Of a stretch of 64,000 nucleotides of DNA, positions 1 through 12,820 are shown piece after piece. Both the position numbers and the translations under genes were made by a program. This stretch comes from Eledone cirrhosa. Its lineage: Eukaryota. Numbering within the stretch: position 1 is the stretch's first letter; every line of letters starts with the position of its first letter. The stretch is taken from positions 101,556,001 through 101,620,000 of the forward strand of contig OZ024745.1 of assembly GCA_964016885.1 (NCBI GenBank). Direction: 5' to 3'. A model generated the notes under the pieces. It worked only from the letters and a program-made list of their open reading frames with translations. It ran no database searches and was not told the DNA's origin.

Positions 1-60
1 AGGGCAACTAAATAACAAATAGTATAAACTACTTCTATAGAGCTGTTCAAGCATTTCAGA

Positions 61-455
61 GAATCTATTTAACTTGAGCTTTTAGTGCTTACTGCTCTTG
101 TGCATCTGCCATACACAAAGTCTATATTTTTCATGGGTCTTTCTCTGATCTCACTACACCTCTTTGTGTCCATAGTTTACTGTGGGATCACTGTTTGGAA
201 TTTCTACTTACTCTTTTTCTGCATATCAAGTATAGCCATTTCTTTGATGGTATCAGGTTACTCACTTCTTTCCTACTTACTAAAACTTTAGTCTTTTCTA
301 AGTTTACCTTGAAACCTTTCAATTTCAGGTTTCATTTTCATGTTTGGAATTTTTTCTCTAAAACTACTAGAGATTCAGCTTTAAGAAATAGATCATTAGC
401 CTATATGAGTTCCCACAGTCTTAAACTCCTGTTATAGCCTAGAGAACTAGGGTAT
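61..455 (-). mobile_element. Degraded RTE-clade LINE fragment (RT C-terminal half)
   Basis: Minus-strand translation gives ELI*ANDL..KAESLVVLEKKFQT*K..LKGFKVNLEKTKVLVSRK, homologous to the ELLYADDL...KTKVL region of the better-preserved RTEs in this window. Confidence 0.8.
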
Positions 456-550
456 TTAACTATATATATATAGTGAGAGAGTGTATGTGGTGGTGAGACC
501 ATGGAGACCATTAATCATGGAAAAGGCTTGCTGAACACGCACCAAAACCG

Positions 551-654
<104 letters not shown>

Positions 655-759
655 AACTCGTGAAGATTAGGTCCCAAATTTGATTCCTCTTACATTCTGG
701 AGATATAGTCAATATTGGGCCTTGAAACCTTAGGTAACACTTTTGTTCCATGTATGAAC

Positions 760-763
<4 letters not shown>

Positions 764-807
<44 letters not shown>
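764..807. repeat. (TA)n microsatellite
   Basis: Direct reading. Confidence 0.99.
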
Positions 808-811
<4 letters not shown>

Positions 812-1258
812 CTAAGGAAGCTAGTCTGGTCATGGAACTGTTGTGACATTAGTTGCCAAATGATTATATCATGAGATGCACACACACACATAGATATAGA
901 TATGTGCTGTATAAAAATGGCTGCATCCAAAATGACTTTACCTTTCATTTCAAATGAGAGTAATAAAATAAATATCAGGCAATGTACTGTGCTCAGTATA
1001 ATTGACTTAACCCTAAAAAGGCTGTGCCCTAGCCTGGCCACTGTAGAATGACAAACCAATAAAGGAACATACCTAATTTAAAAAGTACTCTTTTTGTTTT
1101 CCTTTATTTACCAAGTTAAGGAAGGTTCAACCTTCCAGGTATTCATTTGAAAGTGAACATGCTTATTCAGCACTTAGGAAATTAGTTTAGGTTCATTGTG
1201 AATTAACAGGAACAATACTCATCTGTATTCTGACTAACGTTTGTAAAGACTTGATTAG

Positions 1259-1329
1259 AATTCAAAGAATCACAAGATGAACTCTGTGATTGGTCCCAAA
1301 GGCAGATCTATGAAATATTTAATGAGTTG
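1259..1329 (+). CDS. Possible host-gene exon (FKESQDELCDWSQRQIYEIFNEL)
   Basis: Branch-point-like CTGACTAAC at 1230-1238, AG at 1257-58 and a protein-like open frame. The donor is weak and ambiguous (GT at 1326 or 1330). Confidence 0.3.
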
Positions 1330-1665
1330 GTTTTGGTTTTATTCATTGTTTTGTTTTTAATCTCTTTCTATTCTATAACTCAATTTCCATTTCGGATTAA
1401 TTTTGAAACAAACTGACTTTCTCAAGTTTAATATGTTACAGCGTGTACAGGTGAACTCATTACTTAAATTAGTTACAGGGGAAGTTTTAAAGATTGTGTT
1501 TTGTTTAATTACAATGAAACACCAAGATACAATGTTAACTTGATGATTTCTGTAAAGTATTGATGGTTAAATTCCCAAGTTTGCTATTTCAAATGATTCA
1601 AAGTAATTGTTAACGGAGGCAATTATTCTGACACTCGAGTAAATCACTGTTTTTCTGAATGATAA

Positions 1666-1820
1666 TCTGTGGGATCACAGACAGGCTAATGGTGAAGATA
1701 GACTTCGTGTTTAGCAAATGCACAAGAGCAGTGCGCACTAAAATCACAAGTTAAATAGATTCTGTAAAATGTTTGAACAGCTCCATAGAAGTAATTTATA
1801 CCATTTGTTATCTAGATGAC
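1666..1820 (+). mobile_element. Old RTE LINE fragment
   Basis: CGITDRLMVKIDFVFSKCTRAV...SIEVI resembles the end of the zinc-finger insert of the RTEs. Confidence 0.6.
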
Positions 1821-2085
1821 CTAATTAGATAACAGTAGAAGTTGTGGTTCAGGCAAGGAAGTCATTACAGTGTGACCCAACCTGCTAGAAATAACAGCTA
1901 AATTTCCTTCAACCCACACTTTAAAAGACCCTCCATCTTGAATGGTTTGATTGTGAAGAGACAGTCTGGGAAAGATAGGCAAGTTAACCATGGCAGGAGT
2001 TCCTTTGATTAAAGGTATATTCAATGAAGGGACCAATACAATACAATGTTGATATATTACGTTAATGCTTGATATAATAGGAATA

Positions 2086-2243
2086 GGCAGCAAATTGGCA
2101 GAGTTGTTAGAACGTCAGATAGATTACTTTATGGTATTCGTTCCAGCTCTCTGCTCTCTGAGTTCAAATCCCACCAAGGTCAACTTTGCCTTTCATCCTT
2201 TCGAGGTCGATAGAAAAAGTACCAGTCTAGTACTGGGGTTGAT
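2086..2243 (+). mobile_element. SINE family A, diverged copy
   Basis: B-box GAGTTCAAATCC followed by the central AACTTTGCCTTTCATCCTTTCGAGGTCGATA motif. Confidence 0.8.
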
Positions 2244-3515
2244 TCTTACTCTATCTCCCTATCTTTCTCTGGAAGAAATCTGCTGTACTCAGACCTGGAG
2301 AGGGATGGGCTCTGCCAATCTTAAAATGCCCAAGAAACGTTATATGTCAATACAGCACCCCTAAGACTCTATCAGGAGTTACAGGACGATACAATACCAT
2401 AGTAGGAATACTCTAAGCGTTTCAGATGTTAGTCCTTTGTCAAAAGAAAGAATGAGATGTTTGGGAGAGAAAAAAAAATGGCGGGGGGGATATCTATCCT
2501 CCAATTTTTGGAGAGTCAGAAAGAAAAAAAAAAAAAAAATTGGGAAAAAGACAGGAAAATTAATAGTGGCACATGCATGCTTGTCACTACTTCCCATGTC
2601 ATGATTATGCTCCAGCAGTACAACATATTTGAAGGTCATTAGAGATACTACAAAGCATAATATATGGTGCTACAACAGTACATCTACCAACCTCTGATGG
2701 ATAAAGGCCAATGTTGACATATCATGATATCTATATATATAAGTAAATATAACAGACTTGATAGTGAATGACTTTCTTAATAGTGCAACTTACCATTTTC
2801 ATAATAAATCATTGCTGGCATTGATTATTGTTTTACTGTTTGTTTTGAGACAGTAACTACATCTTAACATGGAGACAGAATGAGTTTCTGCAGTTTCACT
2901 TTGGAAATATAAAGAAAATTATGTTACTAATAACATGGAGATTTTGGAATTTTGGATCCTAAAATAGCTACTCCTTATAATCATTGCATGAATAAAAGAT
3001 TCTTGGTTGGAAGCCAACTTGGTGCCAAAAAATTTAGAAAAGAAGATACTTTGAATGTTAATAGCTGTACTCTGGAAAATAAAAATGTTGTAGTAAAGAA
3101 TTAATTCAGACACTCTAATTGAATATTTCCTCCTATCACAATGACAAATGTTGCTTTTATTGTCTCATTCTTTGCCCTTCTTTATAATTTGAACAATAAC
3201 CATACTCCAAGGGAAATAAAATACAAAATGTTGAGACATAATTTTAATATTTCCTTTTCATGACTAAGAGAAGAAATATTGTTCTTTAATTTCATGGCTT
3301 TCATGCATTTTATTTTATTATTTATTTTACAGAATACAGGTTAAATAGTATTATTGAAATACACTTTTTGCCATGAGTAACGCTATAGATTTTAAACAGT
3401 ATTTAAAGTTTAAGAATGCAGTTTTGTTTCGTATCATTTCTTAAAACTTTTGTTAATGTATTTGTAATAAGAATGTTATAATTGATTTTGAAAATAGGAA
3501 AGAATTCAGTAGTGT

Positions 3516-3720
3516 TTAACTCTTTTGATACCAAGCCTTCTGAAATCACCTAGTTCCATGATTGAAAACTGTTTATTTTAAAGTGTTTATATTTATCTAG
3601 AAGTCTTCCATTATAATTTAATGCAAGAACATTCATTAATTTATATTCTTAATTAATTATATTACAAAAGCCTTCTAAATTCTTGATTATTTTGAAAATG
3701 TTTTTATAAGAAAGTAAAGA
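3516..3720 (+). mobile_element. MITE family 2 (TTAA-flanked), degraded
   Basis: Starts TTAACTCTTTTGATACCAA. Internal TTTTAAAGTGTTTATATTTATCTA and TTCTTGATTATTTT motifs are shared with copies at 5377, 12563, 37560, 51750, 54110 and 59898. Confidence 0.6.
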
Positions 3721-3779
3721 AACTAGCAAAACCACTGCCCTCAGGATGGTTTTCTGCTACTGTAAATATGTGTGTACTT

Positions 3780-4100
3780 TGTAACATTTATACAAATGTA
3801 TGAGGTTACAGCATACAAGGCGAAATGCAGTTTATTCTCAGGATAAGATGGCTGAGCTAAGTAGGCTTGATGGATAGATCTCTTCTCACTTGCAATTCTT
3901 GAATCTTCTTGTTGTTTTTATTAAACCAGTCTTTGTTCTTCTTTGATGTGAACTGGAGGACTTTCCCAGATGTCTGCAGAATGGCAGTTTAGTGTTGTTC
4001 CTAAATTGTTTCAGAAGCGAGATCTGTGGGAACACTTACAATTTCAAGCTTCGATTGAAGGGCTGCCTGGAAGTTAGCATATTGCTTAACCTTCTGGACG
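3780..4100 (-). mobile_element. RTE/BovB-type LINE fragment (EN-RT linker)
   Basis: Minus translation AILQTSGKVLQFTSKKNKDWFNKNNKKIQEL matches the typical K..DWFDEN.EI.LL motif. Confidence 0.65.
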
Positions 4101-4319
4101 CTACAGGCACATTGTCATCGATAGAGTAATCTTGCCTTAATACATAATGCAGTGTCAAGGGAAGCAATTCATTAATAGAATTCAGCGTCCTAAAGGTTAA
4201 TATCGATATTGTTTTGATATCGTGTCAATATTGTATCAACGTTGTGTCAGTGTGAATCAAGTTATTGTTGGGAAAAAGAGTGTTTGAAGTAACACTGTTT
4301 CACTTAACATCACTGATAC

Positions 4320-5145
4320 TCAAAAGAAAGAGGCCTGGAAATACTACTATGAGAGGTTAATGAATGTAGAGAATTAATGGCAGCAGGGGATACTATCCCA
4401 ACTTACCAGCTTTCGAAATTGACAGTTATGGGGTCAAAGAAGCAAACAAGAAGATGAAAAATGTTAAAGCCACAGGACCGTCTGAGATACTGTAAGCATC
4501 TGGAGAAGTAGGAGTTGTACTAGTCACCCGGGACTCAGAATCAAGGGGGCTTAGGATAAATTTAGCAAAACCCCAAAACTTAATAAGTAAGAAAAAAAGA
4601 TAGGGCACCAATCTCATCAGGAAAGTGGCTTTCCTCGATATGTAGAAAGGAGTAGGCATAAACTGTATACAATGCAAATCTTGGGTACACAATGCAAATC
4701 TTGGGTACACAAGAGGTGTAGTGGAATAGCATGCAGACTAACATGAAAGGATGACTGTGTGTAGCAGATGTTCAGGGACAATTGATAGTTAGAATGCCAA
4801 TAATAATAATAATAATTGTTTCTACTTTAGGCACAAGGCCAGCAATTACCCAGTGCATTACTGGTACTTTATTTTATCGATCCCGTAAGGATGAAAGGCA
4901 AAGTCAACCTCGGCGGGATTTGAACTCAGATCGTAAAGGGACGTAACTATGCTGGAAAGCATGGCGTCCGACCCTCTACCGATACTGCCAATAATAATAA
5001 ATAATACAAACCTTTCCCAACGAGAGAAGTGGTTGATAGCTTCTGCTACCTAGGTGATATAGTTAGCAGTGGAGGAGGGTGTTATGAGAGCATGATAGTT
5101 GGAATAAAGACAGCATGGAAGAAGTTTAGGGCATTGCTACCTTGT
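4320..5145 (+). mobile_element. Internally deleted, degraded RTE LINE interrupted by a SINE A
   Basis: EAWKYYYERLMNVEN, KATGPSE..ASGEVG, then a jump to SRGLRINLAK..SGKW..ICRKGVGINC, and VVDSFCYLGD after the SINE. Confidence 0.8.
4800..4992 (-). mobile_element. SINE family A (short subfamily)
   Basis: Near-identical to 24150-24331, with an (ATT)n tail. Confidence 0.9.
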
Positions 5146-5905
5146 GGTATTTTATTATCATGTCACTTTATGTACTGAGTCCAGATCCTGCCATTTGACT
5201 TAATTGTTTATCCTTCTGAAATTACTAAGATAAGTACTGGGACAAGGAAGCAATATGATCTGCTATACCACTGAATGCACTGCTCCAGCATTGCCACAGT
5301 CAAATGACTAAACTAGCTAAAATATAAATGATTTTATTTTATTCTGATATAGTTAGTGCTAACATAGTGAACATACTTAACTCTTTTGGTACCAAATTGC
5401 CACTAGTTTTATGATAAACTATTTTAAAGTGTTTATATTTATCTAAAAAGTTCCTTCATAATTTTATGTAAGAACCTTTGTTAAGTTATACTCCAAACAC
5501 CAACGTTATAATGAGAAAAGGTCAACAAGGAAAAGGAAGATGGGAGAACTATACAGTTCAATGATGATATATATTAGTTTAATGCTTGATATAATAGGAA
5601 AGATTCTTAATGTTTCAGATGTTATTCCTTCATTGGAAGATGAAAGGAAGAAATAGCAAAAAGATATTGACTGGAGGAAAGCATGTGAATATGATTATGA
5701 GAAAGTTAGTTATACTAAAGTTAGTAATACTAAATCTCATTAGATTCTTGATTATTTTCAAAATTATTCGAAAATCATATGCAATGTCTTTCATTAAAAA
5801 TTTAGTAATGAAACAGCTAAAAAATAAAAGATTCTATTCTGGTAAAGTCATCGTTAATGTGCTCAAAGTAGTGTGTGAAGAAATGTTAATTTATTTAAAT
5901 TACAG

Positions 5906-6099
5906 CCACGGGGAGAAAAAGACATTAGATCAACTATCAGTTCTGATAATGAAAGTCTGGCGAGACAATGTCAAAATTTTAATGAAAATTCAATTAATGA
6001 AAATATTAAAATGTGGGCAGTGGAGTGCAGAACAAATTATAACCTTGGTAGTACAGTGATAACTCTGAACATGTTTTGGTTTAATCAGACCTCAGCAAA
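5906..6099 (+). CDS. Probable host-gene exon (PRGEKDIRSTISSDNESLARQCQNFNENSINENIKMWAVECRTNYNLGSTVITLNMFWFNQTSA), product unknown
   Basis: TTAATTTATTTAAATTACAG acceptor, 194-nt open frame, GTATGG donor. Not repeat-like. Confidence 0.45.
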
Positions 6100-6443
6100 G
6101 TATGGTCTTTACCAACACTGCTAAAGATGACTGAATATCAGGTTAGATTTTTGTTCAATAAAAATCTTTTAAATACTACTATATACTCATATGAAACTAC
6201 AAGCCAGATGAGAGCTGGTGAGGTTTTAGATGTGTTTGTGATTTTGTGTCATCTTGTAAGGTTTGTAACTTTAATCTCAACTCTTATTGTAACCTTAGCC
6301 TCCACTTCTTTTCCTTTCTTCTTAACTTTTCACTCCTCTGTGCCAACACACTCATTTTTCAATCATTTATATATTTCATCTACTTTTCACCCTCCTAACA
6401 CCTTTCCATCTCTCCATAGCAATCACTGGTCACTGTTTTTAAG

Positions 6444-8180
6444 TCTAGCGGAGATGCTGGAGAGAAGGCATGTGGATGTGTGCTGTGTGCAAGAGGTGAG
6501 ATGGAGAGGTGCTTTTGCAAGACAAATCGCAGGCAAACATCGTAGTTATAATCTTTTCTGGGTGGGTAATGATGATGGGTTAGGTGGGATGGGCACATTA
6601 CTGGCTGAGAGATGGATCAATAAGACAATAACGGTAGTTAGAGTTAGTAATAGAATAATTAAGCTTAGATTAGTTGTAGGCAAGAGACTACTGACAATCA
6701 TCTCTGCCTATGCTCCCCAGGCAGGCCTAGGTAAAGAAGAGAAAGACTGCTTTTACGAGCAACATTTACAAACAGCCTCAATGACAGAGACATCGTTATG
6801 CTAGCAGGGGACTTCAATGGACATGTTGAACAGCTCCAGGATGGATACACTGGGGGTACATGGTGGGCACGGTTACGGCTCAAGAAATGAAGGAGTGAGG
6901 TTTCTCGAATTTTGTGATGCAAATGCATTAACCATTTGTAACACTAACTTCCAGAAGCCTAACAACCACCTAATAACCTACAAATCAGGTGAGCACATAA
7001 GCCAGATTGACTTCCTGCTAGTTAGACAGCGAGACAGACAGATGGTGTCAAATACTAAGGCATACCCCGGGGAAGAATGTACCCCACAGCATAGGTTAGT
7101 CATTAGTGACATCTCAGTAAGCAAGAGAAAGAATGAGACATACAGGAAGGTGTGGAAAAGAAAGGTCTGGAAGCTAAAAGACATTTCATTAAAATATAAA
7201 TTTAGCAAAGCTCTTCAAGATGTGTATGACGAAAAAGAAGACGATTTAGAGTTGTATGACATAGATGTTAACTGGAATTTCTTGCGTGACAACTTACTGC
7301 AGGCTACTGAAGAAACTTGCGGTTGGGGCAGTGCTTCAACCAGACAGAGAGTGACCTAGTGGTAGAACAGCACGATAGATAGAGACAAAAGACTGGCATG
7401 GAAGGCTTGGAAAAATGGTGGGAGTAGAGAAAGATATACAGCCGCTAAGAGAGAAGCTAGACGTCAGGTGTACTTAGCATGCAGGGAGGCTGAGTGTAGA
7501 AGGTTTCCCAATGTTCTGTGACGGGAAGATCAGACATGCATTGCAAGGCAGTGTGTCAGTGCAAATCAGGATGTTGTTGGAGATAACTGTGTCCGGAATG
7601 ATGCCGGTGTACTTAGTGTCACGAATGATCAAAAAAAGGAGGCCTGGAAATGTCATTATGAGAGACTGATGAATGTGGAGAACGAATGAGACAGAGAAAT
7701 TACCCCCAGTAAACCCGACAGAGAGACACAGCTATTGAGATTGACGAATATAGGGTACAAGAGGCAATTATGGAAATGAAGAATGGTAAGGCTGCTGGAC
7801 CGTCGGGGATAGTTGCTGAGATGCTGAAGGCATCAGGAGAAGTAGGTACTAAACTAGTTGCACGCATCATTAATCAAGCTATATATCGTGGTGTCATACC
7901 CAAAGACTGGTGCAGCAGTATTCTCATAAATTGCTACAAAGGTAAAGGGGATGCTCTAGAGAGGAGCAATTATAGGGGCATAAAGCTGATGGATCAGGTT
8001 ATGAAACTGGCAGAGAGAATATTAGCGCAACTGATTAGAGAAAGGGTTAAATTAGATGAGATGCAGTTTGGTTTTGTGCCTCGTAAAAGTACAACAGATG
8101 CCCTCTTAGTGAGGCAACTACAAGAGAGGTTCTTAGAGAAGAATAAGCCACTATACTTAGCTTTTGTTGACCTCGAGAGG
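6444..8180 (+). mobile_element. RTE LINE family B, truncated at both ends, with stops and frameshifts (APE endonuclease + RT start)
   Basis: DVCCVQEVRWRG, IISAYAPQ, GDFNGHV, SQIDFLLVR, QHRLVISD, KAAGPSG, NYRGIKLMD, QFGFVP, FVDLE. Confidence 0.95.
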
Positions 8181-8409
8181 GCCCTGTGTGTTAATACATG
8201 AAATCATTATTAATTATTTGTGAAATGTGTCAACTAGTATTGTTGTTAATCTCCATCATTAATGTTGTTCATATCAGCATTGGCGATGGTGAAAGCAAGG
8301 ATAAATCAAATTTAAAATGGATTTGACAAATATGTACTGGAAATGTCTAGTGATAATTGTGTCGCCTACGCAACAGAATTTATCTGCTCTCAGAAAGCCG
8401 AGAAATTCT

Positions 8410-8642
8410 TCATCGTCGTCATCGTTGCCACCACCATCACCACCATCACCAACACCAACACCATCACCATCATCATCACCATCACCACCATCACCACCAT
8501 CATCACCACCATCACCACCATCATCACCACCATCACCACCACCATCATCACTATCACCATCACCATCACCATCATCACTATCACCATCATCACCACCATC
8601 ATCAGTGCCACCATCACCACCATCATCAGCGCCACCATCACT
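8410..8642. repeat. Compound (CAC/CAT)n trinucleotide repeat
   Basis: Explains the poly-His/Thr/Pro-Ser ORFs seen in all frames. Confidence 0.97.
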
Positions 8643-9126
8643 GCCTTCAATCACTTCATACAACTCAGTTGTGTCATTTCTTGCAAGATCTTATTTAACT
8701 ATAGGATATATTCAACAAAATCATCTTTCATTCCACTGACCAATGTCTTTGTCCAACATTTTATATAGTTGTATAACCATATAAATATATACATCACCCT
8801 GTTGACTATATTCGTTAATTAGTATTAATTACCATATATACTCAAATATACAGTTGTATAAAAAGAAAAATTAAACAAATCTATTTCAAATAACAATACT
8901 ATAGATATTTAAAAATGGTAAATGAAGGGAGGAACAAGGGCTCTAGGGTCACAGGGGAATGGGAGGGGGAAGAGAGAGGGTGATGGGCTCTAGGCCTGGG
9001 GATGGCGGTGTTGAGGCTGCAGACAAGACCGCAAAAGCATTTCCGAATATGAGCTGAGGAATATGTGACCAAAAATTATTGGTTGGTGGGTGGGCTTATA
9101 TTTGGGGTCATTATTTTGATGATTTT

Positions 9127-9315
9127 TATGGCAGTGGATTGGCAATATCGGTAGAGGGTCGGATGCCATGTTTTGCAGCATAGTTACGGCCCTTTACGAT
9201 CTGAGTTCAAATCCCGCCGAGGTTAACGTTGCCTTTCATCCTTCCGGGGTTGATAAAATAAAGTACCAGTAATGCACTGAGATAATTGCTGGCCTTGTGC
9301 CTTTAGTAGAAACAA
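9127..9315 (+). mobile_element. SINE family A with 16-bp TSD
   Basis: tRNA-like head and B-box. TTATTTTGATGATTTT is duplicated at 9111-9126 and 9316-9331. Confidence 0.9.
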
Positions 9316-9419
9316 TTATTTTGATGATTTTCACCAACTTCAAATACTACATAAGTAAGGTTTTGATTTTTGCCCATTCCTCCGACATAAAATAGTGGAG
9401 TCAAATTAGCCATCTTTCC

Positions 9420-9740
9420 AACAACAACCCTGAGCACCTTTTTCAATTCCATATGTTAACACCTGTGGACATGCTTACAAAATAAGAAAACAGTACAGCT
9501 CCCATGACTTTCAGAACGATTTTTTTCATGCTCAGAGTTTCTGAAGTATGGAACAAACTACCTGGATCAGTTGTTAGCGTTAACTGTCAGGACATTGCAT
9601 CCTTCAAAACTTCCATGCTTCCTGAAATTCGCCAACACTACACTTGATATTCCCCCTCCATTCACACCCACACGTGTGTGTGTGTGTGTATGTATATCAT
9701 GACTCATACACTGTTCACTTTCCTGACATTTGTACATTAT
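9420..9740 (+). mobile_element. CR1-type LINE 3' end fragment
   Basis: TCGHAYKIRKQ...FFMLRVSEVWNKLPGSVV...SFK resembles the canonical CR1 ORF2 C-terminus (TRGH..K...FF..RV...WN.LP). Confidence 0.75.
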
Positions 9741-9751
9741 TCTATGTACTA

Positions 9752-10008
9752 TGGAGGTACATGGCTTAGTGGTTAGAGCATTGGCCTTGCAATCGAAAGG
9801 TTGTGAGTTCAATTCTCAGACCGGGTGATGTGTTGTTTCCTTGAGCAAGACACTTTATTTCACATTGCTCCAGTTTACTCAGCTGTAGAAATGAGATGAT
9901 AGGGACTGGGTTTCCTATCATTCCACTGTAAAGTGGTCGTGGAGGTGCCACAGCAAAAAAGCACCCAGCACTCACTGTAAATGAGGTTAGTGTTAGGAAG
10001 GGCATCCA
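9752..10008 (+). mobile_element. SINE family B (tRNA head + CORE-like domain), tail truncated
   Basis: A-box TGGCTTAGTGG, B-box GAGTTCAATTC, CCTTGAGCAAGACACTTTA. Confidence 0.9.
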
Positions 10009-10289
10009 TTTCGTAATTAGTATTATTTTGGATATCACCCTGTTGACTATTTGTTAATTAGTTTTAATTTAAATATCACATAGTTACTTATTTGGCATTT
10101 TGGATATTACACTGGTACATTATCATCATCGTCGTTTTTACATCAACTTTTCCATGGGTGGGATATTTTGAGACACCAACCCTTTGCCTAACGACAAGCA
10201 ACGGTACAATGTATCTATTCTAAACCGTATACACACTGTTACCTATTTGGTATTTAATAATATTTTGTATAACATAGATTTAGCTATTT

Positions 10290-10571
10290 GATCTAAAAGT
10301 CTAAACTCTGTCTTAAGCCAGAAGGCTCGTTAGGTTGGTTCTTATCTCGGTTTCATGCCGTGAAGTGACTGAGAGTACCAGACTCCACCCTTGACAGGAT
10401 GCCAGTCCATCGCAGGGTTATTGCTGGTACTCATTTACAGCTAAGTATACTGGAGCAACGTGAGATGAAGTGTTTTGCTCAAGAACACAACACGTAACCC
10501 AGCTCAGGAATTGAACCTACAACATTATCATTGTAAGTCTAACACCCTTACGACTACGGCACGTGCCTCCA
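10290..10571 (-). mobile_element. SINE family D (tRNA head, CORE-like, CCCTGCGATGGACTGGCATCCTGTC motif, ACTTTAG tail)
   Basis: Homologous to 22795-23051 and 27215-27499. Confidence 0.85.
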
Positions 10572-10572
10572 T

Positions 10573-12482
10573 CTATTTGGTAATTAGTAATATTTTGTAT
10601 AATATAGATTTACCTTTTGGGTAATTAGTAATGTTTTGTATAATCTAGATTTACCTTTTTGGTAATTAGTAATGTTTTGTATAATCTAGATTTACCTTTT
10701 GGGTAATTAGTAATGTTTTGTATAATCTAGATTTACCTTTTTGGTAATTAGTAATGTTTTGTATAATCTAGATTTACCTTTTGTGTAATTAGTAATGTTT
10801 TGTATAATACAGATTTACCTTTTGGGTAATTAGTAATGTTTTGTATAATCTAGATTTACCTTTTGAGTAATTAGTAATGTTTTGTATAATCTAGATTTAC
10901 CTTTTGGGTAATTAGTAATGTTTTGTATAATCTAGATTTACCTTTTTGGTAATTAGTAATGTTTTGTATAATCTAGATTTACCTTTTGAGTAATTAGTAA
11001 TGTTTTGTATAATCTAGATTTACCTTTTTGGTAATTAGTAATGTTTTGTATAATCTAGATTTACCTTTTGTGTAATTAGTAATGTTTTGTATAATACAGA
11101 TTTACCTTTTGGGTAATTAGTAATGTTTTGTATAATACAGATTTACCTTTTGGGTAATTAGTAATGTTTTGTATAATACAGATTTACCTTTTGGGTAATT
11201 AGTAATGTTTTGTATAATACAGATTTACCTTTTGAATAATTAGTAATGTTTTGTATAATATAAATTTACGTTTTGAGTAATTAGTAATGTTTTGTATAAT
11301 ATAGATTTACCTTTTGGGTAATTAGTAATGTTTTGTATAATATAGATTTGCCTTTTGGGTAATTAGTAATGTTTTGTATAATCTAGATTTACCTTTTGGG
11401 TAATTAGTAATGTTTTGTATAATCTAGATTTACCTTTTGGGTAATTAGTAATGTTTTGTATAATACAGATTTACCTTTTGGGTAATTAGTAATGTTTTGT
11501 ATAATACAGATTTACCTTTTGGGTAATTAGTAATGTTTTGTATAATCTAGATTTACCTTTTGGGTAATTAGTAATGTTTTGTATAATCTAGATTTACCTT
11601 TTGAATAATTAGTAATGTTTTGTATAATCTAGATTTACCTTTTGGGTAATTAGTAATGTTTTGTATAATATAGATTTACCTTTTGGTAATTAGTAATGTT
11701 TTGTATAATACAGATTTACCTTTTGGGTAATTAGTAATGTTTTGTATAATCTAGATTTACCTTTTGGGTAATTAGTAATGTTTTGTATAATATAGATTTA
11801 CCTTTTGGGTAATTAGTAATGTTTTGTATAATATAAATTTACCTTTTGAGTAATTAGTAATGTTTTGTATAATATAGATTTACCTTTTGGGTAATTAGTA
11901 ATGTTTTGTATAATATAGATTTGCCTTTTGGGTAATTAGTAATGTTTTGTATAATATAGATTTACCTTTTGGGTAATTAGTAATGTTTTGTATAATATAG
12001 ATTTACCTTTTGGGTAATTAGTAATGTTTTGTATAATCTAGATTTACCTTTTGGGTAATTAGTAATGTTTTGTATAATATAGATTTACCTTTTGGCTAAT
12101 TAGTAATGTTTTGTATAATCTAGATTTACCTTTTGGGTAATTAGTAATGTTTTGTATAATATAGATTTACCTTTTGGGTAATTAGTAATGTTTTGTACAA
12201 TATAGATTTACCTTTTGGGTAATTAGTAATGTTTTGTATAATCTAGATTTACCTTTTGGGTAATTCGTAATATTTTGTATAATCTAGATTTACCTTTTGA
12301 GTAATTAGTAATGTTTTGTATAATCTAGATTTACCTTTTGGGTAATTAGTAATGTTTTGTATAATCTAGATTTACCTTTTGAGTAATTAGTAATGTTTTG
12401 TATAATATAGATTTACCTTTTGAGTAATTAGTAATGTTTTGTATAATCTAGATTTACCTTTTGGCTAATTCGTAATATTTTG
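10573..12482. repeat. 41-bp minisatellite, about 46 copies (GGGTAATTAGTAATGTTTTGTATAATCTAGATTTACCTTTT)
   Basis: Head-to-tail tandem units with few substitutions. Confidence 0.98.
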
Positions 12483-12562
12483 ATATTCTTCCTTTATCTG
12501 TTAGTTAATTGGTATCATGTGAATATCATTATTTTACTTCTTTTGGAAAATTAGTATTATTT

Positions 12563-12820
12563 TCAACCTTTTCACTACCATACTTCTGACAAAAGCTACT
12601 GCCTATAACTTTCAAACCACTTTGAAAATAATCAAGAATTTGATGGGATTTAGAAATATAACTAACTTTCTCATTATTAAGCTGATATTTGGAGTATAAC
12701 TTAACAAACGTTCTAACATGAAACTATGATGAAAGTCTTTTTAGATGAACATGAACACGAACACTTTAAAATATACAATTTTGTATTTTAGAACTAGTAG
12801 CAGTTGGTCAAAAGAGTTAA
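12563..12820 (-). mobile_element. MITE family 2
   Basis: Ends TCAACCTTTT...AAAAGAGTTAA, internal homology to the other copies. Confidence 0.7.

Noticed and set aside
5610-6059. 149-aa ORF from the track
   Set aside because: The first half crosses MITE-2 sequence and AT-rich codons; only a different frame from 5906 looks exon-like.
8274-8768. Poly-His / Pro-Ser / Gly-Asp ORFs
   Set aside because: Artefacts of a CAC/CAT trinucleotide repeat that is open in all frames.
9752-9830. tRNA genes at SINE heads (also 17247, 44699 and others)
   Set aside because: A and B boxes are present but run into SINE bodies and lack a proper acceptor stem.
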